Below are positions 24,907 through 34,839 of a stretch of DNA of 64,000 bases, one piece after another. The stretch is taken from positions 124,001-188,000 of the IMG/VR virus record IMGVR_UViG_3300037882_003354; one strand, given 5' to 3'. Within the stretch, counting starts at the first letter, position 1, and every line of letters starts with the position of its first letter. A program made the translations under genes and the position numbers. The notes beneath the pieces are model-generated. The model worked only from the letters and a program-made list of their open reading frames with translations. It was not told the origin of the DNA and did not search any database.

Positions 24907-26072
24907 TTGATCTCCATTTGCGCCGGCTGCTTGGAAAAGTTCACCAGATTTTCATGATTGCGAATAAACGCCTTGGTGGTATAATGAGCACTCTCAAAAC
25001 CCAGGTTTATGATACAATTAAATTTCATATTAGATTTTACAACAGTCTTGGGCAGCTTGCAACTGATAAAAACAATTTTGGTGGCATCCGTGATGGGTGA
25101 ATTAAGGTTTTGTGTTCGTACAAACTGGTTAAATTGCTGATGCCGGTCTGATGGCAATCTGAACATCACCGACATTTCTTCATCAGCAAAGCCTGCCTGT
25201 TTTAAGAAGTCATAGGCACACTGCGTGGTTTCAAGTTCATTACTGCCCGGAATAACAAACAGGCAGGGGCTCAGGTGTTTTACAATGTCTGTCAAACTGG
25301 ACATGTCCACTGTTTCGCTGTTGACATGGAATGATTCACCAGGGTCAAGATTTAAAAACTCCCTGGTGATGGGACAGATGGACTGGTTGTCCAACTGGTG
25401 ATTGATTGTTTCGTCCCAGGCGTAAATTCCTGCCCGCCTGCTTTCAAATACTGCTTCCAACACCGTGGTTGCCTGCAATCTGGGTAGGGCAGGACTCACA
25501 TTCTTATATTGTGGCATGCCCTGATCAAACACCAGTGTGGGCACATGTTGTTCAAAATCTTGCAGAATGGTGGAAATTTGAGACATGTAGGATTGTACTT
25601 CCTGGTCGCAAACAAATGCCTCCTGCTCCACCAATCGATTGAGGAAAGTCAGATTGTCTTCACTGACTGAAAATATCCAGGCCTTGTGTTCACCATCCCA
25701 ATGTGCAAAGTCCAGTGACTCCCTGGATTTTCGAATCAAGGCCAAGGTGTCTTCCCGGTAGGGAAATTCCACTTTGATGGCTCGTCCATACATGGGATAG
25801 TCAATCATGCTCAGGGACTTGATGGTGTTAACCGAGCGATGAGGGAATTTATATTGTGGGCAATCCAGGTATTGCTGAATGTCCTGACCCAACAGAGTGG
25901 TCAGTTGACCGGAGTATCGGTTGACCAGTTTTAAAGCCAGAGCAGCCTGCTTCTCTGTGAAGCCCGATTTACGATGGATTTGATCGTAGAAACTGGTGAC
26001 CACGTTGGTGTCCCAACGGTTGCATTTTACACCCAGAGTGGTCATGTACAATACCAAGTCTTCGATGGTCAT
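24888..26072 (-). CDS. hypothetical protein
   Basis: 394 aa ORF in the operon. Confidence 0.75.
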   Translation of the reverse strand: MTIEDLVLYMTTLGVKCNRWDTNVVTSFYDQIHRKSGFTEKQAALALKLVNRYSGQLTTLLGQDIQQYLDCPQYKFPHRSVNTIKSLSMIDYPMYGRAIKVEFPYREDTLALIRKSRESLDFAHWDGEHKAWIFSVSEDNLTFLNRLVEQEAFVCDQEVQSYMSQISTILQDFEQHVPTLVFDQGMPQYKNVSPALPRLQATTVLEAVFESRRAGIYAWDETINHQLDNQSICPITREFLNLDPGESFHVNSETVDMSSLTDIVKHLSPCLFVIPGSNELETTQCAYDFLKQAGFADEEMSVMFRLPSDRHQQFNQFVRTQNLNSPITDATKIVFISCKLPKTVVKSNMKFNCIINLGFESAHYTTKAFIRNHENLVNFSKQPAQMEINWPQHG

Positions 26073-26524
26073 AGTGTGATGTCTTCAAGCCCTGCGGCTC
26101 TGAGTTTGATGATGTTGCTCAATTGCCACTGTTTGATATCCAGGGCTTTAATGATGCCCAGCCACTGATTGCGTAGCATGGCAAATTCGTTGATGATCTT
26201 TTCCATGTCAACGACATCTGCCTCGCCTTCCACGTATTTTTCACAATCACGACTGCTAAGAGCACGTTGATAATTTTCCAGATACTTTTTAAAAGCCTTG
26301 GACCTGATGCGTCTAAGCTCGATGTTCAAATATTCTAGAATGGCTTCAATCTCTTGAAGTTGATTAAAACGCTGTTCAACGATGCCAGGCAAGGCGGCAC
26401 TGGCTCGTTCTACGTTTCCGTAGATCTTTACCTCTTGCCTGGCTACGTCTAACTCTCGATAGAAGTGATCTAAACTACTGGGAAGGTGTGCTATGTCTTT
26501 GCTGACCTTAGCATACCATGACAT
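26069..26524 (-). CDS. uvsY: recombination mediator UvsY-like
   Basis: helical, KYVEGEADV and GIIKALDIKQWQLSNIIKLR; between uvsX and uvsW. Confidence 0.75.
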   Translation of the reverse strand: MSWYAKVSKDIAHLPSSLDHFYRELDVARQEVKIYGNVERASAALPGIVEQRFNQLQEIEAILEYLNIELRRIRSKAFKKYLENYQRALSSRDCEKYVEGEADVVDMEKIINEFAMLRNQWLGIIKALDIKQWQLSNIIKLRAAGLEDITL

Positions 26525-26781
26525 CAGTCGTCCTCGTCTGCTTCGTACGAATCCCAATCATCCTCATCTACAAAATCCGAGGCGTCAGTATTTTCGTCTA
26601 TTACCAATTGGATGGCATGGTCCAGATGGGAATCATATCCCATGATGGCCTCAAGTGCGGAGATTTCAATCGATTGTCCCAGCAGGTAACCAACATAATG
26701 ATTGGCTGCCGTTTCTTTGTTTTTGTCTGTGATGTAGTCTTTAAACAAATCCCACATTTCGATGATCTGATCTTCTTCCAT
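26524..26781 (-). CDS. small acidic protein
   Basis: GAGG SD, TAATG/TGATG coupling; D/E-rich tail. Confidence 0.7.
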   Translation of the reverse strand: MEEDQIIEMWDLFKDYITDKNKETAANHYVGYLLGQSIEISALEAIMGYDSHLDHAIQLVIDENTDASDFVDEDDWDSYEADEDD

Positions 26782-27839
26782 TATGCCTCCTCTGGTTCTT
26801 CTGTAGTTGTTGACATGGGCACCACTGCCGAGTGATCCCACTCCAGCATGATGGTCATCAATTTGTCTTCGGTCCAACCTTTGCGGAATTCAGACATGAT
26901 CTCGCCAGTCTTCTTACTTATATATTGTAGCTTGTTTCCGCTCTTTGTCAACACATTCATCTTCTCAAACATGTCCAGCAGCCCTGATGTGGGGGCCATG
27001 CCTGTTGAGTAGGGAATCTTGACTTGCACAGTCTCAAACGGTTTGGCGTATCGTGTTTTCATGATCTTGCAAGCCGACCGAATGCCCAGTACGTCAGTGC
27101 TCTTGTTACCGTCTTCGTCTTCCTTGAGCTTGAGCTTCTTCATGGCCACTACAATGGAACTTGCATAAACAAATCCCTGCCCGCCTGAAATCTTGTCGTC
27201 AGGATCAAACATGTCCTGTGACGCATAGGTATGATTGGTGGCAATCAAGCCCACGTTGTAACTACCAAACATGTTGACGCAGTTACGTACCAGGGATGTC
27301 AGTGCCTTGGGCTTACGACCCATGTCACCCTTCATCTCACCTGCTTCAAACTGATTGACGTCAGTGGGAGTCAACAACATGCCCAGACTGTCAATGACAA
27401 ACAACACCTTGGGACGTTCATCCGCAGGCATGACTTTGTACTCTTTCATGAATTCTGAAATAGTTTTTGCCACATCGTCAATCATGGCCATGTTAAGTTT
27501 GAGTAGTTTGTCGTCACCAGTGTTCACACCCAGATCCACCAACCACTTTTCGTCCAAGGCATTTTCAGTATCAACCAGGATGACAAAAATGCCCTGCTCC
27601 TGTGCATGACGAATGATGTTTCCGGAACAGATGTAACTCTTTCCAGCACCACTTTCGCCTGCAAACACAGTCACCTTGCCAAGGGGCACTCCCTTGAAGA
27701 AGTCCCCGCTGATAAGATAATTCAGGGCATAGTTTCCAGTTGAAATCCAATCTGTGGGATCGTTAAATCCAATCCCCAGTCCATCAATACTCTTGGTGAT
27801 GGATTTACGGAACTTTGAAATATCAAATGATTTTGACAT
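26781..27839 (-). CDS. uvsX: RecA-like recombinase UvsX
   Basis: STGNYALN, AGESGAGKS, VDTENA, IDSLG, NHTY, SGGQG. Confidence 0.92.
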   Translation of the reverse strand: MSKSFDISKFRKSITKSIDGLGIGFNDPTDWISTGNYALNYLISGDFFKGVPLGKVTVFAGESGAGKSYICSGNIIRHAQEQGIFVILVDTENALDEKWLVDLGVNTGDDKLLKLNMAMIDDVAKTISEFMKEYKVMPADERPKVLFVIDSLGMLLTPTDVNQFEAGEMKGDMGRKPKALTSLVRNCVNMFGSYNVGLIATNHTYASQDMFDPDDKISGGQGFVYASSIVVAMKKLKLKEDEDGNKSTDVLGIRSACKIMKTRYAKPFETVQVKIPYSTGMAPTSGLLDMFEKMNVLTKSGNKLQYISKKTGEIMSEFRKGWTEDKLMTIMLEWDHSAVVPMSTTTEEPEEA

Positions 27840-27848
27840 CGGTTAACC

Positions 27849-28862
27849 TCAAGTGGACTGGCGCTTGCGAATCATGGCAATAATGTCTGCAGCACGGCTG
27901 CCTGCATCACCACTTGCTGCTGGCGCAGCCTCCGTCTTGGGTTCCTCCCAAGGAGCATCTTCAGCATCTTCTTCCACTGGTGCAGGTGCAGCGGCACGAA
28001 CAGGGGCCGCTGGTGCCGGAGTTGCAGCAGGTGCCGCAGCCCGTGGTGCTGAGCCAGTGGCCTGACCACTGCCACCCATGCCGGCTGGCTTGTAGTATGC
28101 ACCCCAACGTTCCATGTCAAATGCATCACCGTCCACAGACGCTTCAAACATTTCCTTGATTACCTTGAGTTCCACATCAGTGGGCTTCTTGGGCAAGAAA
28201 CTCTTGAGGTCAAACAGACCGTGTTGTGCAATGGCTGCATTTTCTACTTCGCTCAGAGCACGTTCACGACGAGCCCAGGTGGAGGTGGAGTAGTCAGCAT
28301 AACCGCCCTTGCTGGTCTTGGCGATCTTGAAATCCAGTCCACGTACCAGGTCAGTGGGCAATTCTTCAATCTCGCTGTCCATGAGCGCGTTCTTGACGAT
28401 GTTAAAAATCTGGCTGCCGATGATGAATCGGCGGATGGGATTCTCAGGAACTTTGCCGTCCTCTTGCAACTTGCTGTCTACAACAAATCCCTGGAACAGA
28501 TAACTTTTCTTCTTCCAATACTTGCGACCCATGTCTTCCAGGCTCTTGTCCTTGAACCAAGGGCGCACCTCTGTCAGAACAGGGCAGGTTTCGCCCCACA
28601 TTTCCATACACGGAACTTGCACAGTCACTGGCTTGGAATTGGTCTCACCCTTGATTCCGGCAAAAGGCAACTTGATCATTGCTCGTTCGATCCAGAAAAA
28701 AGTGTTATTGGGATCTGCATCTGGCAGGAAACGCACTGTGGTAGTGGTTCCTTCTGCTGCATTCCAGTGTGGGAAGATTGCGTTGTCTCCACCTGCTGCG
28801 CCGCCGGTGTTTTGTTGAGATGACGATTGAAGTTTCGCGCGAATTTCTGCTAACGTGGCCAT
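27849..28862 (-). CDS. single-stranded DNA-binding protein (gp32-like)
   Basis: VRFLP, CMEMWGETCPV, GLDFKIAK, YADYSTS, acidic tail. Confidence 0.88.
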   Translation of the reverse strand: MATLAEIRAKLQSSSQQNTGGAAGGDNAIFPHWNAAEGTTTTVRFLPDADPNNTFFWIERAMIKLPFAGIKGETNSKPVTVQVPCMEMWGETCPVLTEVRPWFKDKSLEDMGRKYWKKKSYLFQGFVVDSKLQEDGKVPENPIRRFIIGSQIFNIVKNALMDSEIEELPTDLVRGLDFKIAKTSKGGYADYSTSTWARRERALSEVENAAIAQHGLFDLKSFLPKKPTDVELKVIKEMFEASVDGDAFDMERWGAYYKPAGMGGSGQATGSAPRAAAPAATPAPAAPVRAAAPAPVEEDAEDAPWEEPKTEAAPAASGDAGSRAADIIAMIRKRQST

Positions 28863-28920
28863 AATGTTCTCCTTGATAATGTGCCTATTTTATGCCATTT
28901 TCCTAGAGCCAACTGACTAA

Positions 28921-28959
28921 AGGAAAAAACTGTGCATACATTGAGTATAGCACAGTTTT
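28921..28959 (-). terminator. hairpin terminator overlapping the ssb promoter
   Basis: AAAACTGTGC / GCACAGTTTT stem followed by a U-run; TATACT in the loop, TAAATA 28959-28964. Confidence 0.6.
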
Positions 28960-28996
28960 ATTTATCCCTGCAAGAATTATCTTGCTATATATCGAT

Positions 28997-31900
28997 TTAT
29001 TTCTTCAATCCGGCCAACTTTAAAATATCGGTCAACCCTTCGCTCATACCCAATTTTGCCTTTAGTGCCGCCAACCCTTCTGGGCTGGTGGGACTCTTTG
29101 TTCTTTCTTTTTCCAAATCTTTACCAGTTACTTTCCAGTCGCCACCCTGCGCTTTACGCTGCGCAGCAGGAATGTCGCTTTTGTTGGGGCTTTCGCTTTT
29201 TAATTTACCAGTACGCTCCAAATCATGCAGCATATCTATACGATCGCGGTAGCCGGCAACACCTGGTTTGATGTCATGTGCGGCCATGCGCTGTTGCACT
29301 GTGGGATTGTCTGCGTGTCGCATGGTGGTGTCATACTGATGACTGTGATCTGGATTATGTTCTTCAGAGGACATGATGTTCGTGTTGAAGTCTTCACCGC
29401 CATGGCCTTGATCACCAATGCCTTCCACTTTACCCTTGATTCGATTTAAGATTTCTTTCAATCCATCAATGGTCAATCCATCACCGCCCACTGGCTTGCC
29501 ATGACGCTCTTGGTATTCTTGTGTGAGTTTTTCCATGAACATGCCAGCCATCTGCTCAGCTTGCTCACCTGCTTGCTCGCCAAACATTTCTGAAATCTTC
29601 TTCTTGACGTCGATGACAATGCCTTCTTCGCCACGGAATGGTCCAACGTCTGGATTGTCCCTGTTGTAAAAACTTTTGACAATCTTGGCCACTTCTTTGA
29701 TCATGCCTTCTTTGCTCATCATTTTGGGAATTCCGCTGCCGTCCATATTTTCAGCAGCCGGTGTCGCAGGAGCCACTGGTTCGGCGGGCGCTGGTTCAGC
29801 AGGGGCGGGCTCTTGTGCAGGAGCCTGTGTGCCACTCATGCCCAGGGCCACAGTGAGTTCTGGGTAATTGTCTGTTGCCCATAATTTAAACACTTCTAGA
29901 GCGTTGGTTTCTGCATCAACATTGGCCATGTCTTTGAACTTGTCTTCTAGATCCGAATCCTCAATGCCCAGTTCGTTAAAAAATTGCCAGGCAGTCTGTC
30001 CATCTGGTCCCAGTTTTAATTCTGGACCCGACTGATCTTGTGGCAATTCTTCCAGTGCTTGCTTCATCAGGGCTATTTGATCGTCTGTCAACTTGCCCTG
30101 TTCGGTAGCATCTGCCCAGTCTTCAAAAGCATCGATGCTTTCGGCTGGTGACTTTTCTTTGGACATCTTCTCTGTTTCACGACGTGCTTTGTCACTGAGG
30201 TTAGTCACACGGCCACGACCGTCTTTCTTGGATGATGCTTTCCATTCGCCCTCATCTTTCCAACTGACTACCCGGCCAGTCTCATCTTTGGTCTCTGACC
30301 TTTCTTCCTGAACATAGTCTGCCAGGTCCACCTGGTTGACTTCGCTCATGATGCGGTGCAGCAATGGGAAATAGCCAGCCAGTTCTTCCTGGAAGGAACT
30401 CTGTGTAAATGTCTGCTTGTATTGTTCCATGGTGACCTCATCCATGGTCAGCCCGTCGTCCATCATGTCTTCTTCATTAAATCCCGCCATCCAGGATTCG
30501 TAGTGACTGCGCCGACCCAGGGCGGCCATCTGTGATTTAAGTTCATGCAGGCGGCCAATGGCACGCTCTGTGATGCCAGTGGCATCGTCATGTAAACTTG
30601 CATGCTGTACTTTGCGCTGGAATTCAGCCAGTTGAGCGATCTGCTCGCTCATGCCTATGATGGCCTTGCCTGCTGGATCATGCGGTGTGCCACCATGATC
30701 CACGTGTTGTGCCATGGCAAATGCACCGGCAGTGTGGATGAATGGATACTTGAATCGCTCGCCCTCTTTATTCTGTATGAAGATGGCCTTGATATTTTTG
30801 CGTTGGCTACGGCTGCCTGCATATTCTTCGTCCACTGCATGGGCGTGCCGCACGATGACTTCTGTTTTACCTTGCACGGCGCGGCTGGTTTTCCGGCTGC
30901 TTTTATTATTCCAACGACCTTCTTGTAAGCCTTCTGCCATGTCTTGCTGCCCAGCATCCAATCCTTTGCCGTACAAGGACACAGCGCGAGCGCCTGCTCC
31001 ATAGGGCGGATTTAGGTTGATACCCTGCCGGCCGTGTTCAACACCTATGGTATACCAATCAATTTTATCGGAACCACCAGCCTTTTGTGCTTGCTGTTTC
31101 CAGAAAGTCAAACTGTCCATGCCTTCTGACACGCCTTGTTCAGGATTCTCATCATGCCAAATGTGTTCATTTTCTTCACCATACACCTCGACAAAATCAT
31201 CAAGCGTCATGGTGTCTGCAGAAATCTTCATATCTTCTATTGATACGTTTTCCGACATGCCTTGCTCTGGAAGTTGTCCCGTAGGCCCCGCCATCTTGCT
31301 TCTTGGACTGCGGGTGATTTTGTATTTGGTTAGTCGATTGGTCTTCTTCATATTCGCAACGATGCGCTGGGCCTGGTCCACACTGTGGTATGTTCCTGCT
31401 TTTTCACCGTCCCTATAAATGTGATAGACATACTCCTTGTCAACTGGATGATCCAATGTGTAATTGACGGAACCGTCTGCTGCCGAGCCTTCCGACATGC
31501 CTTGCTGATCCAACATACTCGGCAAGCCCTGTGCCTTACGAGCCATATGACGGGCATAATCTACTTTATCGTCATTAACAACATCAACTAACTCGGCCAT
31601 TTTCTTTGCTATTAAGGCGTGTGCTGTTGATGGCTTATATTTTTTCATATTCAACTTTTTAGCAACATCAATGTAAAGTTGTAAATCATTGCCATCATCG
31701 CCACCGTTAAATCCATCCGGGGCAAATTCATTTAGAGAGCCTTCCGCCACATGGTGTCTAGTTTTTTTATTTTCGTTCATGGTGTTTGTATCCTGTTCTT
31801 TGGGGCCTTGTGTTGCGGCCAAATGTTTGAAATCATTTTTGTCCAGGTTGGTCTTGGCAATGTCCCTGGTGTCAAAACGCAATAGTCTGCGCTTGGCAAA

Positions 31901-32182
31901 ATATCGCATCTCTCTTAAAAAACCATACCACATGCGCCGCACGGGATCATCACGATTTTCAGTGATACCCTGGCTGTAGTAAACTTTTAGACTGCCCAGA
32001 TCCCCCAGGCTGATGCTCACGCGGCCCAGGTTGTTGCCTTCTATGACAAAGTCAAAGTCGAAAAATCTCGCTTGCGCGGGATCAATGGTGACTGCGCCTG
32101 TTTTGTCGCCCATTTCTAAATTACTGAAACGGCTGCGAACTTTATCAAACAGGTCTTGGCTGATTATTTGAATGGCTTCCAT
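28997..32182 (-). CDS. large acidic putative internal virion protein / polyprotein
   Basis: 1061 aa; late TAAATA 5 nt upstream; repeated QG(M/V)(S/A)EG; ends ILKLAGL. Confidence 0.75.
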   Translation of the reverse strand: MEAIQIISQDLFDKVRSRFSNLEMGDKTGAVTIDPAQARFFDFDFVIEGNNLGRVSISLGDLGSLKVYYSQGITENRDDPVRRMWYGFLREMRYFAKRRLLRFDTRDIAKTNLDKNDFKHLAATQGPKEQDTNTMNENKKTRHHVAEGSLNEFAPDGFNGGDDGNDLQLYIDVAKKLNMKKYKPSTAHALIAKKMAELVDVVNDDKVDYARHMARKAQGLPSMLDQQGMSEGSAADGSVNYTLDHPVDKEYVYHIYRDGEKAGTYHSVDQAQRIVANMKKTNRLTKYKITRSPRSKMAGPTGQLPEQGMSENVSIEDMKISADTMTLDDFVEVYGEENEHIWHDENPEQGVSEGMDSLTFWKQQAQKAGGSDKIDWYTIGVEHGRQGINLNPPYGAGARAVSLYGKGLDAGQQDMAEGLQEGRWNNKSSRKTSRAVQGKTEVIVRHAHAVDEEYAGSRSQRKNIKAIFIQNKEGERFKYPFIHTAGAFAMAQHVDHGGTPHDPAGKAIIGMSEQIAQLAEFQRKVQHASLHDDATGITERAIGRLHELKSQMAALGRRSHYESWMAGFNEEDMMDDGLTMDEVTMEQYKQTFTQSSFQEELAGYFPLLHRIMSEVNQVDLADYVQEERSETKDETGRVVSWKDEGEWKASSKKDGRGRVTNLSDKARRETEKMSKEKSPAESIDAFEDWADATEQGKLTDDQIALMKQALEELPQDQSGPELKLGPDGQTAWQFFNELGIEDSDLEDKFKDMANVDAETNALEVFKLWATDNYPELTVALGMSGTQAPAQEPAPAEPAPAEPVAPATPAAENMDGSGIPKMMSKEGMIKEVAKIVKSFYNRDNPDVGPFRGEEGIVIDVKKKISEMFGEQAGEQAEQMAGMFMEKLTQEYQERHGKPVGGDGLTIDGLKEILNRIKGKVEGIGDQGHGGEDFNTNIMSSEEHNPDHSHQYDTTMRHADNPTVQQRMAAHDIKPGVAGYRDRIDMLHDLERTGKLKSESPNKSDIPAAQRKAQGGDWKVTGKDLEKERTKSPTSPEGLAALKAKLGMSEGLTDILKLAGLKK
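30930..31756 (-). repeat. five 17-nt dispersed in-frame repeats, consensus CAAGGCATGTCGGAAGG
   Basis: copies at 30930-30946, 31122-31138, 31248-31264, 31488-31504, 31740-31756. Confidence 0.85.
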
Positions 32183-32193
32183 AGTATTATTTA

Positions 32194-33783
32194 TTAATAA
32201 CTGCTGATATAGATGGGCATGGGCAGGTCGTGTTCTTCCATGCCCTCCTGGTCTCGCATCTTTTCATAGATACTTGGGTCCCAATCCTGCAGGATCATGA
32301 TCATGCGTACAGCCAACAGCAGGCTGGACACCAGGTCATCGTGTTGTCCGGGTTTGGCCTTGAAACTCAAGGCTGCAGACACATATGTTTTGAGTTCACT
32401 GATCAGGCTCTTGCTGTGCAATTTAAGTTTTTTATTCTCAATCAGTTGTTTTAACTTGGCACAGGCATTGATCTTGGCCACATGTGTGGTATTAAATCCC
32501 TTGCGGAACCTGCGCACATGACCCTTTTTAACCGGCTCGCTTAAAAACATGCCAGGGAATGTTTCTTCTCCCAGCTCACTAATGGCCACCAGGGCCGCTT
32601 CACCTATGCTGTTGTTTTCCACACTGTAGTATATGCTGGGCACCAGGCCCTGCTTGGCACATTCATCCTCGATAAATTTCAGCAGATCTCTAAGCACACG
32701 TGCCTGCCCCTGCACCGGCGTGGTATTGTGGTTCCATTCACACACCTGTTCCAGACTGGGCACTTCTATGACTTCAATGGCTGCATAATCTCCACCAGTG
32801 CCCAGACTGGGATCCAGAGATACGATGTAGGTCATGGCAGGGTTCACTCGTTTGTACCATCGGGCCTGCCCCATTTTCATCAAGGGTTCTTTGCCTTCCA
32901 AATTGGACAGGGTGATGCTGTTAACCAAGGTTTCATCGAACACCAGGAATATGCACTCGTGTTCTCTTTGAAATCTTTCAGCCCCCACACGACTGCGTTC
33001 GGCCTCAGCCCAGATTTCGTCACGATCTGGATGTTCACTCCAGATGGCAATACAGGGGTAGAAACCATTCCTGCCCAGTTCGGTCCGATTGCCGTATTCG
33101 TCGAATCTCTTGTTGGCCTCGTTCCAGATCTGTGCAAACTGATCCTCGTCGCTGTTGGGGGTGGATGTGATGATGGCTTTACCGCCAGTGGCCAGGGTAG
33201 GGCTGATACTGGTCCAAAACTCAGTGGCAATGCCAGGTTCCACATAGGCAAACTCATCCAGATAGATCAAGCTCAAGCTCATGCCTCGTCCAGTGGTTTC
33301 AGTGGTAGTCTGTGCCACAATGCGGCTGCCATTTTCAAATTCAATACTCTGCTTGTTGTAACTGGTGACACCCGCACGTATCCAATCAGGGCATGTCTCG
33401 TATGCATAACGCAGACGTTGCATGATTTCCTGCGCACCTGTATATTTGTGCGCAGCAATCAGTATGGTGCTGTCGGGCACAAACATGGCATACCATAACA
33501 GGTAGCCCACCGCAGTGGTGGTTTTCCCCAGCTGACGCCCCAGCATGTTCACACTGAATCTGTGTTTGTGATAACTGTCCAGCAGCCGTTGTTGGTAGGG
33601 AAAGGGGGCGTATTGTATTTTGCCCTTGGTGGGGTGTTGTATAAAAAAGTAATTGGCTAAAAAATATTCAGGGCCAGTGTCAGCATGCTGGCATTTCATT
33701 AGATCCGCAATGTCCTGCTCAGAAAATTTCTGTGTGACATTGGCCTTTTTAACCAAGTTGCCGTCTAAGTTTTTTGATCCCAT
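32194..33783 (-). CDS. terL: terminase large subunit (gp17-like)
   Basis: GRQLGKTT, YLDEFA, ITSTPN, F.REHEC, DPSLGTGGDY, HDDLV. Confidence 0.93.
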   Translation of the reverse strand: MGSKNLDGNLVKKANVTQKFSEQDIADLMKCQHADTGPEYFLANYFFIQHPTKGKIQYAPFPYQQRLLDSYHKHRFSVNMLGRQLGKTTTAVGYLLWYAMFVPDSTILIAAHKYTGAQEIMQRLRYAYETCPDWIRAGVTSYNKQSIEFENGSRIVAQTTTETTGRGMSLSLIYLDEFAYVEPGIATEFWTSISPTLATGGKAIITSTPNSDEDQFAQIWNEANKRFDEYGNRTELGRNGFYPCIAIWSEHPDRDEIWAEAERSRVGAERFQREHECIFLVFDETLVNSITLSNLEGKEPLMKMGQARWYKRVNPAMTYIVSLDPSLGTGGDYAAIEVIEVPSLEQVCEWNHNTTPVQGQARVLRDLLKFIEDECAKQGLVPSIYYSVENNSIGEAALVAISELGEETFPGMFLSEPVKKGHVRRFRKGFNTTHVAKINACAKLKQLIENKKLKLHSKSLISELKTYVSAALSFKAKPGQHDDLVSSLLLAVRMIMILQDWDPSIYEKMRDQEGMEEHDLPMPIYISSY

Positions 33784-33796
33784 GTGAGTATTTACT

Positions 33797-33820
33797 GAAA
33801 AGAATAGCCTCCGAAGAGGC
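33797..33820 (-). terminator. rho-independent terminator, cUUCGg loop
   Basis: GCCTC-TTCG-GAGGC-TATTCTTTTC. Confidence 0.75.
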
Positions 33821-33844
33821 CATCTGGTTCAGGTGTCTAATGTA

Positions 33845-34837
33845 TTAAGCAGAATGTACTGTAGCTTTCTTGCCCTTGGCTTGCAGGCTTCTGGCAATAT
33901 TTTCTGCTTGACGGCGGTCGTCGAATGTTTTCCAAGTACGACCGTCAATTGCCACTGCAAACTTGGCGGGTTCAACTTCGTGACCAAGTTCGTGTTGCAA
34001 TTCTTGTTTCTTAAAAGACCGATGTGAAAGGTCGCCCATGTCGCCTTCAGCGACAAAACGCTTGTACTCGTCCATGAGTGACTCTTCCATGGTGGCAAAA
34101 GCCTTGGGACGGTCACCATCCATACGATCGCCAACACCAGGGTGGCCAGCTGGATCTTGGTTCATACGTCCAGGATCAATCATGGCATCTGCATCCATGT
34201 CTGGTATGTCATCAACGCCAGTGGGCGTATTATCATACTGCCCTTCCTTGGCTTCTTCGTCGTCTTCATCACCAGCGTCATCACCGTTGATCCGGTCAAT
34301 CACAGCTCGCATCTCGTCACCAGCACTGGCGGCAGGACCCATGACTGTCATGGGCTCGGCAGTTAATGTCACAGGTGCTGGTTCTACACCCAGATCATGT
34401 GGCTCAACCTTGTGTACACCAGCCAGGGACATAATGTCCTTGAGCATGTTGCTCAACTCTTCACCACTGCCGGCAGTGATGTTAACACTAGCGGGAGTAT
34501 GAGGGTGTGCCATGTCGGGCATGGGAGACATGCCGCATGCTGACGACCCTTCTGCAACACCTTGGTCTTCAAGCATGTTTGCGTCTTCCAGTTCAGACAT
34601 CACCAGGGTCGACAGGTATTTTAAATCAGTGGGGTTCTTGCCCACCATTTTTAAATATTTCGATACATGATCATCGATATTACCACGATTTATGTTTGGC
34701 ATTCCCATCAATTTTTGTGCTATTTTTTTTGCAGCATCCTCATCCCGCATGCCAATATTGGACGAAACATCTTCTGCCATGTTGGTATTTTTGGCATCCA
34801 ACTCGGCCAGGCGCTTGATAACGTCAATCATGTTCAT
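33845..34837 (-). CDS. acidic putative head/internal protein
   Basis: 330 aa; NMAED, QGVAEG, FVAEG repeats; AAGGA SD. Confidence 0.7.
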   Translation of the reverse strand: MNMIDVIKRLAELDAKNTNMAEDVSSNIGMRDEDAAKKIAQKLMGMPNINRGNIDDHVSKYLKMVGKNPTDLKYLSTLVMSELEDANMLEDQGVAEGSSACGMSPMPDMAHPHTPASVNITAGSGEELSNMLKDIMSLAGVHKVEPHDLGVEPAPVTLTAEPMTVMGPAASAGDEMRAVIDRINGDDAGDEDDEEAKEGQYDNTPTGVDDIPDMDADAMIDPGRMNQDPAGHPGVGDRMDGDRPKAFATMEESLMDEYKRFVAEGDMGDLSHRSFKKQELQHELGHEVEPAKFAVAIDGRTWKTFDDRRQAENIARSLQAKGKKATVHSA

Positions 34838-34839
34838 AA

